Positions 31,420 to 41,698 of a stretch of DNA of 64,000 nucleotides are shown in pieces. Numbering within the stretch: the first letter of the stretch is position 1; each line of letters begins with the position of its first letter. Made by a program: the position numbers and the translations under genes. The stretch comes from Paludibacteraceae bacterium (GTDB lineage: Bacteria; Bacteroidota; Bacteroidia; Bacteroidales; Paludibacteraceae), in NCBI GenBank assembly GCA_024405895.1, contig JAKSNW010000004.1, positions 32,827-96,826 on the forward strand, given 5' to 3'. The notes under the pieces are model-generated. The model was not told where the DNA came from. It saw only the letters and a program-made list of their open reading frames with translations, and made no database searches.

Positions 31420-32622
31420 TTATTTTTCCGATTTGTACAATTGAATCAAGGAAATCTCGGGACCCTTACCGATTCGCATAGGCACTATTGTATATCCTAT
31501 GCCTCGCGATACATATATATATTGTTCGCCCTCGCAATAGAGACCGTTCCAGAATTCAAATTCCTTCATAGCCGGAGAGAGTCCAAACAAAATCACCTGG
31601 CCACCATGCGTATGTCCCGAAACCGTCAGGTCTATCGGATAGCCAGAAGCAAGAATCAAAGGGCGCCATGCTGTTGGGTCGTGCGACAATAATATAGTGT
31701 ATGAAGCAGAATCAACAGAACTCATGGCAGCATCCAAGTCGCCATATTTCGGGAAACGACCCGTGCCCCAGTTCTCTATACCCACCACATTGATGATATT
31801 ATCTTTGTCATAAGCTATCGTAACACCCTCATTCTCGAGCAGATGAAAGCCACAAGCCTCATACATCTCACGCATACGTTCTTCATTGGCTTTCAGTTCT
31901 GTTTCGTTGTCAAAAGGGAAATAGCCGCCGTAGTCATGATTGCCCATAACGGCGTACTTGCCAACCTTTGCTTCCATGGTCTCCAAAATGGTATGAGGAC
32001 CAAGCACTTCGTTGGCATAGACATTCACGAGATCGCCAACAAAGAAGACAAAATCGGGCTGAAGGGCATTGACCCTATCCACTACAGAGCGAAGATAGTC
32101 CGACTTATTGCCAACCAGAGTGCCGAAATGCACATCACTCAGCACCACGATTTTAGCCCCATCGAAACGCTCTGGCAGACGACTACTCTCTACCTCTACC
32201 CTTTCCACCACCAAGTGATGACGATTAAAGAAACCACCAATCAACATCAAGCAGCAAATAAGCATCAAAGGCAAGCCTACGTTACGACGCAACAGCCAAT
32301 GTTTCTGTGGCTTAATCTTTTCACCAATCAAATCGATGAGATTAAAGCCACCATAAACAGCCCAAGGCAGAAAGATGGCATAGAAAAGTGCCACCACCCG
32401 ATAGACAACGGTCTCATTCAGACGCCAAAGCCAATCAATGGCATGCAGTTCCAACGCCACCATGAATGCGCCAAAGAAAATCGCAACAACAAGCACCAGA
32501 AGCTTTTGGAGCATAATTCCAAGTCCCGACATTCCCTTCTTACACAAACGCCACAAAGCAGTTGCCGACGGCAGGGCTGTCAGCAAAAATACAAAAATAG
32601 CCAAGAGGGGTTTAACGTACAT
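31420..32622 (-). CDS. membrane-anchored metallophosphoesterase
   Basis: 400 aa with N-terminal TM helices and calcineurin-like motifs (LSDVHFG, GDLVN, GNHD, SGHTHGGQ). Confidence 0.8.
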   Translation of the reverse strand: MYVKPLLAIFVFLLTALPSATALWRLCKKGMSGLGIMLQKLLVLVVAIFFGAFMVALELHAIDWLWRLNETVVYRVVALFYAIFLPWAVYGGFNLIDLIGEKIKPQKHWLLRRNVGLPLMLICCLMLIGGFFNRHHLVVERVEVESSRLPERFDGAKIVVLSDVHFGTLVGNKSDYLRSVVDRVNALQPDFVFFVGDLVNVYANEVLGPHTILETMEAKVGKYAVMGNHDYGGYFPFDNETELKANEERMREMYEACGFHLLENEGVTIAYDKDNIINVVGIENWGTGRFPKYGDLDAAMSSVDSASYTILLSHDPTAWRPLILASGYPIDLTVSGHTHGGQVILFGLSPAMKEFEFWNGLYCEGEQYIYVSRGIGYTIVPMRIGKGPEISLIQLYKSEK

Positions 32623-33039
32623 TACGAACTGGATGTTTGAGTTCGCAAAGATACATTATTTCTTTCGCATGTCTATCGGAACAAAGAGAAAATAAATGGC
32701 AGCAAGCATTCCAAATTCACACTTCAATATAACTGAATGGTTTTTCTCATTTATTTTTCGGAACCGACTATTGTAAAATTATCTGAACAGAGTTTCATTT
32801 CGAGAAAGTCCCAAACCGTCCGTATTCATCCATTCATATTTCGCAAATAGCAGATTCCGTTTGGTTTGATGCCAAATTCTTTTTGCTAACAAGAGAATCC
32901 GTTTGATTTTCTCCATTCACAAAACGAAAACGAAAGCCACCGAAACGTTTGGAGATTTTGACAAAAATTGAATCAAACAGACAAAACGTCAAGAACAAAA
33001 GTTCAAGCGAAAAAGCTTGGCAGAATCGCAAAAAGGGCG

Positions 33040-33047
33040 TAACTTTG
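33040..33047 (+). promoter_or_regulatory. -7 promoter box TAACTTTG
   Basis: 20 nt upstream of the ATG at 33067. Confidence 0.4.
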
Positions 33048-33066
33048 CTCGTAGATTAAATACACT

Positions 33067-33648
33067 ATGGCATACACAAGAGAAGAGCTGAATCAAGCAG
33101 TAAAACAAGCCGTTGACGTCATGAGAAAGGGAGGTGTCATCCTCTACCCCACCGATACGGTATGGGGATTGGGTTGCGACGCCACAAACGAGAAAGCGGT
33201 GGCAAAAATCTACGAAATCAAACAAAGAAGCGACGCCAAGGCCCTGATAACCCTGACCGACAACGACAACTGTCTGGCTTATTTCATGAAAGAGGTGCCA
33301 GAAATTGCTTACGACCTCATCGAGTGTGCCGACAAGCCATTGACAATCATCTACCCTAACGCCAGAAACCTGGCAACAAATCTGCTTGCAGAAGATGGTT
33401 CCGTAGGCATCCGTGTAACTCGAGAAGAAGTGTCTGCAGCCATTTGCCAACGCATGAGAACGCCTATTGTATCAACATCGGCAAACATCAGCGGTCAACC
33501 TACACCACACACATTCAGCGAGATAACCGACGAGGTAAGGCAACAGGTGGACTACATCATTCCACTCCGTCAAGACGACAACACACCTCATGAACCATCG
33601 GGAATTATCAAACTATTTGCCAACGGCACATTCAAAATTATCCGATAA
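33067..33648 (+). CDS. tsaC: L-threonylcarbamoyladenylate synthase (YrdC/TsaC family)
   Basis: 193 aa with YPTDTVWGLGCDA, KQRSDAKALI and STSANISGQP motifs. Confidence 0.85.
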   Translation: MAYTREELNQAVKQAVDVMRKGGVILYPTDTVWGLGCDATNEKAVAKIYEIKQRSDAKALITLTDNDNCLAYFMKEVPEIAYDLIECADKPLTIIYPNARNLATNLLAEDGSVGIRVTREEVSAAICQRMRTPIVSTSANISGQPTPHTFSEITDEVRQQVDYIIPLRQDDNTPHEPSGIIKLFANGTFKIIR

Positions 33649-33778
33649 CTACATATTGGCACAACGTTTGTATTAGTGCTACTACTAAACCCTTCGTGAA
33701 ACTGCCCTATACAACAGACAGGCACAAGGGGTTCAATGGCGTTTTTACGCTTTTCAAATTTCTGAAAATCAAGTTAGA

Positions 33779-36190
33779 ATGATAGACAACAACATAGAAT
33801 TAGACGACACCGAGATGAACAACAACGACGAACAGATTGTTCCTTTGTTTGCAGAAGGCGAAGACGACAACCGTCCACTTCAATGCAACGACGGCGACCT
33901 GCTGCCACTGTTGCCATTGCGCAATATGGTATTGGCGCCAACAGTTATCACACCAGTCAACATCGGCAGAAAGAGTTCGCTGGAGCTGGTGAAGGAAGCG
34001 TTCAAGAACAAGGGCGAAATCGTTGTCGGAACTCAGGTTCAGGCACATGTGGAAGACCCAGACAAGAGCGACATCTACACCACAGCCACAATAGCACGTG
34101 TTCTTAAAGTGATTCAACTGCCGAACCAGACAACAGCCATTCTCAGCGGAAAACGCCGTGCCGTTATCACCGATGTTGACTCAACAGGCAAATACCTCAA
34201 GGCCAACGTTACGCTGTTGCCAGAGGTAACCGAAGACCAAAGCGACAAGAAAACTTTCGCACTTCGCGACCTTATCAAAGAAGTGGCTACCAAGATTCTC
34301 AAGGAATCGGATGCGCCTTCCGAGATGCTGTTCGTTGTGAAGAACGTAAGCACGCTCAGCGAGTTGGTCAATTTCCTCATCACAAACTTCCCACTTGAGA
34401 CAAAAGATAAAATCAAGGCGCTCTCATTTGACAAACTGAACGATTGCGCAGAACATATCCTCCGACTTCTGTCAAAAGAGGCCGAGGTGCTGGACCTCAA
34501 AAACAGCATCCAAGCCAAGGCTAAGTTCAATATCGACAAGCAACAACGCGACTATCTCCTGCAACAGCAGATGCGCCAGATTCAGGAGGAATTGGGCGAG
34601 ACAGCACAGTCGGAGATTGACGATATGGTCAAGAAAGCAGCCAAGATGAAATGGGACGCTGCCACTCAGACAACTTTCGAGAAAGAACTTCACAAACTGG
34701 AGCACTATCACCCAAGCAGCCCTGAGTATGCCGTTCAGCTGAACTACCTCGAGACACTGCTTGCTTTGCCTTGGGGAATCACCACTGTCGATCACTTCGA
34801 TATCAAGAAAGCCGAAAACGTTCTCAACAAGGATCACTTCGGCCTTGACAAGGTGAAACAACGTATCCTTGAGCATCTTGCTGTTTTGAAATTCAAAGGC
34901 GACATGAAAGCACCGATCCTCTGTCTCTACGGTCCTCCAGGTGTCGGCAAGACTTCTCTCGGCAGAAGCATCGCCACAGCCATCGGCAGAAATTATGTGA
35001 GAATGTCACTCGGCGGCATTCACGACGAGGCAGAAATTCGTGGTCACCGTCGTACTTATATCGGAGCTATGCCTGGCCGTATCATCAAGAATCTTTCTAA
35101 GGCTGGCTCAAGCAACCCGGTTTTCGTGCTTGACGAGATTGACAAACTGGCAGCCGACATCAAAGGCGATCCAGCTTCAGCCCTCCTTGAGGTTCTCGAC
35201 CCAGAACAAAACAATGCATTCCACGATAACTTCCTGGATATCGATTTCGACCTCTCCAACGTATTCTTCATTGCTACAGCCAATGATGTAAACCGCATTC
35301 CACGTCCTTTGCGCGACCGTATGGAGATGATTGAAGTGAACGGCTATGACATAGACGAGAAGGTAGAGATTGCCAGCAAGCATCTGATTCCAAAGCAGAA
35401 AAAAGAGCATGCACTCACCGATATCTGTCCAACCATCACAAAAGCAACTATCAAGGAGATTGCTTCACGCTATACGATGGAAGCGGGCGTTCGTGAACTC
35501 GACCGTAAGATTGCCAAGATAATGCGCACCATAGCATTCAAGGCCTCAAGAAGCGAAGAGTTGCCAAAGAAACTCAACCCATCCGATTTGAAAGAGTATC
35601 TCGGAACACCACGCTTCGACTACGACAAGAAAGAGCCTGCTCAGGTTGGCGTTGTCAACGGCATGGCATGGAGTAGCGTCGGTGGCGACTTGCTGTTCAT
35701 CGAGTCAAGCATCAACGACGGCGAAGGCGGCAAACTGACCCTGACCGGTAATTTGGGCGATGTGATGAGCGAGTCAGCCAAACTGGCACTTGAGTTCATC
35801 AAGGCACATTGCAAAGAATACAATATAGAATACGACTATATCAAGAAACACAGCCTCCACCTCCACTTCCCTGAAGGCGCCACACCAAAAGATGGTCCAT
35901 CAGCAGGTATCGCCATCCTGACTTGCCTGCTCTCCACACTGACAGGACGAAGTGTGAAACCAAATCTTGCCATGAGCGGTGAGATTTCTCTGCGAGGCAA
36001 AGTGCTCCCAGTGGGCGGCCTAAAAGAGAAAGTGCTGGCAGCAAAACGCGCTGGCATTACAGACATCATTCTCTGCAAGAAAAATCAGGCAGACATCGAA
36101 GAAATTGAGCAGAAATATCTCCAAGGAGTCACCTTCCACTACGTCACCGAGATGGATGAAGTGATAAAACTCGCACTCGAAGAAGCATAA
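33779..36190 (+). CDS. lon: ATP-dependent Lon protease
   Basis: 803 aa with a LON N-domain, an AAA+ module (GPPGVGKTS, VFVLDEIDK) and a protease domain (PKDGPSAGIA). Confidence 0.93.
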   Translation: MIDNNIELDDTEMNNNDEQIVPLFAEGEDDNRPLQCNDGDLLPLLPLRNMVLAPTVITPVNIGRKSSLELVKEAFKNKGEIVVGTQVQAHVEDPDKSDIYTTATIARVLKVIQLPNQTTAILSGKRRAVITDVDSTGKYLKANVTLLPEVTEDQSDKKTFALRDLIKEVATKILKESDAPSEMLFVVKNVSTLSELVNFLITNFPLETKDKIKALSFDKLNDCAEHILRLLSKEAEVLDLKNSIQAKAKFNIDKQQRDYLLQQQMRQIQEELGETAQSEIDDMVKKAAKMKWDAATQTTFEKELHKLEHYHPSSPEYAVQLNYLETLLALPWGITTVDHFDIKKAENVLNKDHFGLDKVKQRILEHLAVLKFKGDMKAPILCLYGPPGVGKTSLGRSIATAIGRNYVRMSLGGIHDEAEIRGHRRTYIGAMPGRIIKNLSKAGSSNPVFVLDEIDKLAADIKGDPASALLEVLDPEQNNAFHDNFLDIDFDLSNVFFIATANDVNRIPRPLRDRMEMIEVNGYDIDEKVEIASKHLIPKQKKEHALTDICPTITKATIKEIASRYTMEAGVRELDRKIAKIMRTIAFKASRSEELPKKLNPSDLKEYLGTPRFDYDKKEPAQVGVVNGMAWSSVGGDLLFIESSINDGEGGKLTLTGNLGDVMSESAKLALEFIKAHCKEYNIEYDYIKKHSLHLHFPEGATPKDGPSAGIAILTCLLSTLTGRSVKPNLAMSGEISLRGKVLPVGGLKEKVLAAKRAGITDIILCKKNQADIEEIEQKYLQGVTFHYVTEMDEVIKLALEEA

Positions 36191-36277
36191 ATTACTCAAA
36201 CATAGAAGATTAAAAAAAATCGGCATCTTATAAGAAAAAATATTGACTTATATGGTGCCGATTTCACATAAAAGCAG

Positions 36278-36285
36278 TACTTTTG
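36278..36285 (+). promoter_or_regulatory. -7 promoter box TACTTTTG
   Basis: 31 nt upstream of the ATG at 36316. Confidence 0.4.
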
Positions 36286-36315
36286 CACCGTTGAATTCAG
36301 AGGGAGACAACGCCT

Positions 36316-37455
36316 ATGAAACCAATCCAAATGGTTGACTTGCGTACTCAGTACGAACACATTAAGACTGATATCGACGCAGGCATCCGAGAAGTAATTG
36401 ACAGCACCGCCTTCGTAAAAGGCGCAAAAGTTACCACTTTTCAGCACCATTTGGAGGAGTACTTAGGAATAAAACATGTGATTCCTGTTGGCAACGGCAC
36501 AGATGCGCTTCAAATCGCATTGATGGCGTTGGGATTAAAACCAGGTGACGAAGTCATCACACCAACATTCACATTTATTGCTACCGCAGAGGTAGTGGCG
36601 CTTTTAGGTTTGACACCTGTGGTTGTAGATGTAGATTACGAAACATTCTGCATGACACCAGAAGCCGTAGAAAAAGCCATTACGCCAAAGACTAAGGCTA
36701 TTGTGCCAGTCAACCTTTTCGGACAAAACGCAAACCTCGAAGAACTGCAGAAGATAGCAAAGGCACACAATCTTTTCTTAATTGAAGATGCCTGCCAGTC
36801 AATGGGTTCTCACTACAAATTCAACAACGGCATCACAAAGTCATCTGGATGCGTGGGAGATATAGGATGTACATCATTCTTCCCTTCAAAAAATCTCGGA
36901 TGTTACGGAGATGGCGGAGCGCTCTTTACAGACAATGATGAATTAGCTGAAAAAATTCGTATCGTAGCTAATCACGGCATGGCCGTTAGATACTATCACG
37001 ATATCGTAGGCGTCAATTCCAGATTAGACAGCATTCAAGCTGCAGTTCTGGATGCCAAACTGCCCCATTTGAACGATTACGTCAAAGCAAGACAGGCAGC
37101 GGCACAATTCTACAACGATGCATTCAAAGATGTAGAACAATTGATTACTCCTGCGACCGCTTCTTTCACCACACACGCTTTCCACCAGTATACACTGAAA
37201 GTTGTGGGTGTTGATCGAAACAAACTGCGAGATGGTTTGGCAGAACGAAAGATTCCAGCAATGATATACTACCCTGTTCCTCTTCACATGCAGAAAGCAT
37301 ACCGAGATGACAGATACAAAGCCGGCGATTTCCCAGTTGCCGAAAAACTTTGCAACTCAGTTCTCTCCTTGCCAATGCATACAGAATTAGACAACGAGCA
37401 GTTATCCTTCATCACAGAAAACACATTGGAAATTATCAGACAACTTGATAAATAA
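36316..37455 (+). CDS. DegT/DnrJ/EryC1/StrS-family sugar aminotransferase
   Basis: 379 aa with the family pattern (GNGTDALQIAL, PTFTFIATAE, TSFFPSKNLG). Confidence 0.85.
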   Translation: MKPIQMVDLRTQYEHIKTDIDAGIREVIDSTAFVKGAKVTTFQHHLEEYLGIKHVIPVGNGTDALQIALMALGLKPGDEVITPTFTFIATAEVVALLGLTPVVVDVDYETFCMTPEAVEKAITPKTKAIVPVNLFGQNANLEELQKIAKAHNLFLIEDACQSMGSHYKFNNGITKSSGCVGDIGCTSFFPSKNLGCYGDGGALFTDNDELAEKIRIVANHGMAVRYYHDIVGVNSRLDSIQAAVLDAKLPHLNDYVKARQAAAQFYNDAFKDVEQLITPATASFTTHAFHQYTLKVVGVDRNKLRDGLAERKIPAMIYYPVPLHMQKAYRDDRYKAGDFPVAEKLCNSVLSLPMHTELDNEQLSFITENTLEIIRQLDK

Positions 37456-37456
37456 T

Positions 37457-37529
<73 letters not shown>

Positions 37530-37531
37530 CG

Positions 37532-37562
37532 AAGCGGCACTAAACGGTGCCGCTTTCTTTTT
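37532..37562 (+). terminator. Rho-independent terminator after tRNA-Lys
   Basis: 9-bp stem AAGCGGCAC / GTGCCGCTT with a 6-nt loop, followed by TCTTTTT. Confidence 0.75.
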
Positions 37563-37635
37563 GTCTAAACAATGACAATACACTTGTTTTATCAAGAAAA
37601 GAAAAGACAACACAACAACAACACATCATTTGAAT

Positions 37636-38388
37636 ATGAAGAAGATTCTTCTGCTCATCCTATTTATCGGATGTGCATTTTTCGCAAGCGCAAGAGACAT
37701 TTGTCCTGGCTACCAAGGTATCGACATCTCCGATTACTCAGGCAAGGTTGTATGGACAGAAGTAGCAAAGGACACAAACATTCAGTTTGTCTATATGCTT
37801 GCCACAGTGGGCGGTGACTCAGTCAACCCAGTTTTCAAATCATACTTAAGTGGCTGCAAAAAAACACGTCTAAAAGCAGGAGCTTACCATTGCATGACAA
37901 CTACAGCCACCATTGAAGAGCAGTTTCAAAATTTTGTTAGCCACGTACACAAAGACAGTATAAAACTTGTCCCGATGATCTACGTCTCAGAATGTGAATA
38001 TTGGACCGCCGACGAAGTAATCGACAGTTTGAAAAGATTCTGCGATCTGCTTGAGGCGCATTATGGCAAGAAACCTGCCATCTACGCCCTCAATGCCATC
38101 TACAACCGTTACCTCACACCAGTTTTCAATGACTACGCCCTTTATATCATCAAATATTCAGATGTCCGTCCTATCATCCATGGTGGCAACGATGGTATCC
38201 GCATGTTATGGCAATACACCAACAAAGGCAAGATTCGTGGCTTCGAGAAACCCGTCAACCTTGTAAAACTCTGGACAGCCCGCATGCTTGAACTAAACCT
38301 CATCATCCCGAAAAAATACGTAGTCAACCACAAAGCCCCCGCCAAAAAGAAGATAACAGCAAAACACCACATACATAATAAAGGCTGA
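37636..38388 (+). CDS. glycoside hydrolase family 25 lysozyme/muramidase-like protein
   Basis: The ATG at 37636 gives MKKILLLILFIGCAFFASA (signal peptide), then GYQGIDISDYSGKVVW...FVYMLAT...AGAYH, typical of GH25. The track start at 37630 is a TTG. Confidence 0.75.
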   Translation: MKKILLLILFIGCAFFASARDICPGYQGIDISDYSGKVVWTEVAKDTNIQFVYMLATVGGDSVNPVFKSYLSGCKKTRLKAGAYHCMTTTATIEEQFQNFVSHVHKDSIKLVPMIYVSECEYWTADEVIDSLKRFCDLLEAHYGKKPAIYALNAIYNRYLTPVFNDYALYIIKYSDVRPIIHGGNDGIRMLWQYTNKGKIRGFEKPVNLVKLWTARMLELNLIIPKKYVVNHKAPAKKKITAKHHIHNKG

Positions 38389-38409
38389 CCTCGTTAGAAG
38401 TCAGCCTTT
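38380..38409. terminator. hairpin between the convergent GH25 and helicase genes; left bracket of the accessory block
   Basis: 10-bp perfect stem AAAGGCTGAC / GTCAGCCTTT with a 10-nt loop. It overlaps the GH25 stop codon, and the T tracts are weak on both strands. Confidence 0.5.
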
Positions 38410-38427
38410 GGTGTTTGTAGACGTTTA

Positions 38428-40491
38428 CTACTGATTTTTAGAAGAGACTTCACCGAAGTCCTGAAATTTGATTCGTAAAACCAAGCTAGCAACAGACTTT
38501 GGGGCTTTTTCTCGTTCTTTTTTTAACATAGCATCAAACTCGACTTCTGGCAGATCCGAGTTGAAAGCTTCTATCAAATCGTTTTCTTGCGTTGACTCAA
38601 GTGTTAGTTTCTTACGTTTCATCAACATACGCATAATATGAATACCCTTGTCATACTTAGGACGAACTTCAATAAGTTTCTGCATAAGATTGAGTCCTGG
38701 GTCCCCAATGTGCAACTCATTAAGCACTGCTACCATATAAAGGACTTTGGCATCGGGAGTTGACATTTCAAAATTTTCACCTAAAAGACAATTCACCTCA
38801 TCGGACTCATGGTAACGCTTCAACATAGCTAATGCACGAGACTTCACAAAAAGTGCCTCTGAACAATAATGTTTGCTCAGCACACGATTGGCAAAATCGA
38901 GTGCAGTCTCATACTGTCCGGCATACAGACAAAGCATAGCAGTCAAGAACTCTGTAGTCCAATGATGAGCAGAGAATAGTTCCTTCGGAACCTCTTTAAT
39001 ACAATCTATCAAATGCTCGTCACATACCACAGTATCAAGGAAACGCTTTGCCTGCTGCACTGCTTCTTTGATATCTCCTTCTTGAACTTTTTTGTTTACT
39101 AACATCAAATACTGTCTTGCAGCTTCATCGTAGTCATATTTTCTCAGAGATTCAAAGACAGCCCTACCGCTTTCTATTTCATTATTAATAAGTCGTTTAT
39201 CATTATACCCACTAGCATAAGTTATAATCTCCCTACTAGTATGAGCATATTGTGGAATAACATCATTAGACAGAAACAAACCATCTAACGAACGAACACG
39301 ACTTAAAGCCACATAGAGTTGCCCTGCAGCAAAAAGGCCACGACTTAGATCCAATGACATCTTGTCAAAAGTCATACCCTGACTTTTATGAACTGTGATA
39401 GCCCATGCCAACTTCAGGGGATATTGGGTAAAAGTTCCAGTTACCTCCTTTTTAAGTTTACGTGCTTCACGATCATACTCATAGCTTACAGATTCCCAGG
39501 ACACACTTGGCACCACATAAACATTTCCGTCGTTGATTTCAACATGTATCTCATCTTTGACAAGCTTTACAACCTTACCAAGAGTTCCATTGGCCCAACG
39601 TTTATTTGGATCGTTGCGTGTAAAAATAACCTGAGCACCGACCTTTAAACGAAGATTCAACTCTACCGGTAATTTCTTTTCATCGAACTTACCTGAAATC
39701 GTTCCCTCATAAACAAACTCCTCCAAGTCAATCTCTGCAAGATGCTGCTGGTTTATTATTTCGGCAGTCTTATTGAGAGAAGTAAGAGTAATGACCATAC
39801 CATCCTTGCTATCTGGTTGAGCCACCCGTTGATTAAGAAGCATGATATCCTCCGGGGTCACCTTATTCATGCGCACATTCTCAAGAACACGGAGAAACTT
39901 TGGATCATCGTCTTGACGATAGACTTTCCTAAATTCAATCTTTACAAGACGCATGCGTTTGAAAACATCGGCCTTATAAAAGAAAAAATCGTTAGTTTTA
40001 TAAATATCGCGAAGCAATTCGCTCTCAGCGCCTTGTCTTACTACAGGAGGTAATTGAAACATATCACCAACAAAGATCATCTGTTTTCCACCAAAAGGCT
40101 GAGAATTACGGAGTGCCTTGCGTAAAGTATAATCTATAGCATCGATGATATCACATCTCACCATCGAGACTTCATCAATGATTATGGTGTCTGCATGCAA
40201 AAGAGTAAGTATTCGTTCACGGTTCAGTCGTCCTAATGTATTTGGCACGCAAACCTCCATAGGAAGCCCAAAGAAAGAGTGAATCGTATCACCCCCAGCC
40301 AAGATGGCAGCAACTCCTGTTGGGGCCAAGGTGATGAATTGCTTGTTGACCATCTTCTGAACATTGCGCAAGAAGGTGGTCTTGCCGGTTCCCGCACGAC
40401 CCGTGAGGAAGAAACTGCTGTTGGTGTTAGCAATGAGTTCGTAAGCGAACTTTTGCATTGGGTTTTGGTTATCAATCTGCATCTGTTCCAT
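38428..40491 (-). CDS. PIF1/RecD-like SF1B DNA helicase with a C-terminal helical-repeat (TPR-like) extension
   Basis: ATG at 40491 (MEQMQIDNQ...). It has Walker A (GRAGTGKTT), Walker B (IIIDEVSMV), FVGDMFQLPPV, AITVHKSQGMTFD and LYVALSRVRS. About 240 further residues are predicted helical. Confidence 0.85.
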   Translation of the reverse strand: MEQMQIDNQNPMQKFAYELIANTNSSFFLTGRAGTGKTTFLRNVQKMVNKQFITLAPTGVAAILAGGDTIHSFFGLPMEVCVPNTLGRLNRERILTLLHADTIIIDEVSMVRCDIIDAIDYTLRKALRNSQPFGGKQMIFVGDMFQLPPVVRQGAESELLRDIYKTNDFFFYKADVFKRMRLVKIEFRKVYRQDDDPKFLRVLENVRMNKVTPEDIMLLNQRVAQPDSKDGMVITLTSLNKTAEIINQQHLAEIDLEEFVYEGTISGKFDEKKLPVELNLRLKVGAQVIFTRNDPNKRWANGTLGKVVKLVKDEIHVEINDGNVYVVPSVSWESVSYEYDREARKLKKEVTGTFTQYPLKLAWAITVHKSQGMTFDKMSLDLSRGLFAAGQLYVALSRVRSLDGLFLSNDVIPQYAHTSREIITYASGYNDKRLINNEIESGRAVFESLRKYDYDEAARQYLMLVNKKVQEGDIKEAVQQAKRFLDTVVCDEHLIDCIKEVPKELFSAHHWTTEFLTAMLCLYAGQYETALDFANRVLSKHYCSEALFVKSRALAMLKRYHESDEVNCLLGENFEMSTPDAKVLYMVAVLNELHIGDPGLNLMQKLIEVRPKYDKGIHIMRMLMKRKKLTLESTQENDLIEAFNSDLPEVEFDAMLKKEREKAPKSVASLVLRIKFQDFGEVSSKNQ

Positions 40492-40495
40492 AGTT

Positions 40496-40999
40496 TTATT
40501 GTTCAATTGCTGGAAGTATTTGAGTAAGACGAGTATTAAAGTCACTATCCAAGAAACTCTTGTAGCAGCCATTGACGATATTTTTTGCCTGTTCTTCCAG
40601 TTGCTCTTTCGGCATGGACGAGCGCTGCGTCTTCAGTATGCCCTCAAAGAAATTGCGTACCATAGTCTCCGATTCCTGGCGTATGAACGTCTCGCTGCGG
40701 AATATCTTGTCATAATCGCGTTTCTGAACAAGTTCCAGTCTGGTGCCGTTGAAGGCATAGACTTCAATGCTGTCGATGTATGTGCAGTTGTGGTAAAGTC
40801 CGACCTTCTCCACGATGACGATACGCTCGCAGAATCGCACGCCTTTATAGTAACGATGTCCGTATCCGCTTTCGTACTCGTCGCAGATGAACATCTTTTG
40901 ACCTTCGTTCCACATAGGGATGTGAGCTCTTGTGTTGCCAAATGTTGGCAAGAACTTGTCGAACAAGTCTTTGTTAATCGCTTTTGTGAGTGATGCCAT
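40496..40999 (-). CDS. hypothetical protein, paralog of the next gene upstream
   Basis: 167-aa ORF with an ATG start. Its stop is 4 nt before the helicase ATG. It shares the pattern YYK..R...R..V......G....T....I..FA.NG with the 147-aa neighbour. Confidence 0.7.
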   Translation of the reverse strand: MASLTKAINKDLFDKFLPTFGNTRAHIPMWNEGQKMFICDEYESGYGHRYYKGVRFCERIVIVEKVGLYHNCTYIDSIEVYAFNGTRLELVQKRDYDKIFRSETFIRQESETMVRNFFEGILKTQRSSMPKEQLEEQAKNIVNGCYKSFLDSDFNTRLTQILPAIEQ

Positions 41000-41056
41000 G
41001 TCTAGTCAGTTTTTTCTTGGTTAGTAACTAAGGTTGTCTGTTTTCTGTTCTACAGC

Positions 41057-41500
41057 TTATCGGAGCATCTTTTGCTGTGTCTCTTCAATCATGGCTCTTG
41101 AGAAGTCGAGCAATTGACTGTCAGCAATGACGCTTCCCATGGCCTTTGCCTGACCTGCGAGAAAGTCCTTGAGCATGATGATGCTTTGCTCCTTCGCGAA
41201 TTGCTCAGAGAAGCATCGCCAGTTGCTGCCACCCCAGAACTTTTGGGAGATGATGTTTGCCTTCTGACCGTTCCAAGCGAAGAGCGTGATACCGTTCAAG
41301 AAGGTGTGAACGTAACCTTCGCCGAGGTGGTAGTATACGGCCAATCGGTCGGAGAGACGGATTGCCTTGTAGTAGGTGTTGCCAGCTGCGCTGGTGTAAC
41401 CAAGAGTGAGAAACACGTTCTTCTCTGGGTTGTAGGTGATAGAACTGCCCGAGAGGGCTGGGAGTGCCTTAGCGGCTACGAGTGCGAGTGATGTATTCAT
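41057..41500 (-). CDS. hypothetical protein, paralog of the 167-aa gene
   Basis: 147-aa ORF with an ATG start. The core (GNTYYKAIRLSDRLAVYYHLGEGYVHTFLNGITLFAWNGQ) aligns by eye with GHRYYKGVRFCERIVIVEKVGLYHNCTYIDSIEVYAFNGT. Confidence 0.7.
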   Translation of the reverse strand: MNTSLALVAAKALPALSGSSITYNPEKNVFLTLGYTSAAGNTYYKAIRLSDRLAVYYHLGEGYVHTFLNGITLFAWNGQKANIISQKFWGGSNWRCFSEQFAKEQSIIMLKDFLAGQAKAMGSVIADSQLLDFSRAMIEETQQKMLR

Positions 41501-41607
41501 CTGCGTGTCGTTTTTGGGTTTGTTTGTTTAGCGGAATAGGCCGCCACCTCTGTTTTGAAAAAATTAAATATTGTATAAACAAATCCAGCTCTCTCGGAAT
41601 TGCGGTG

Positions 41608-41680
41608 CAAAATTACAGTGTATTTCTCCGCCGACCTAAGAATTTCCAAAGAGTATTGGTTCTTGTATATTTGGAACCAA
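41608..41680 (-). promoter_or_regulatory. promoter P3: -7 box TAATTTTG plus the upstream inverted repeat TTGGTTC-N11-GAACCAA
   Basis: The -7 box is at 41608..41615 (CAAAATTA on plus). Half-sites are at 41656..41662 and 41674..41680, within a perfect 10-bp inverted repeat GTATTGGTTC/GAACCAATAC. The near half-site starts 41 nt from the box. Confidence 0.6.
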
Positions 41681-41698
41681 TACCTTGTTCTTGGAGCA

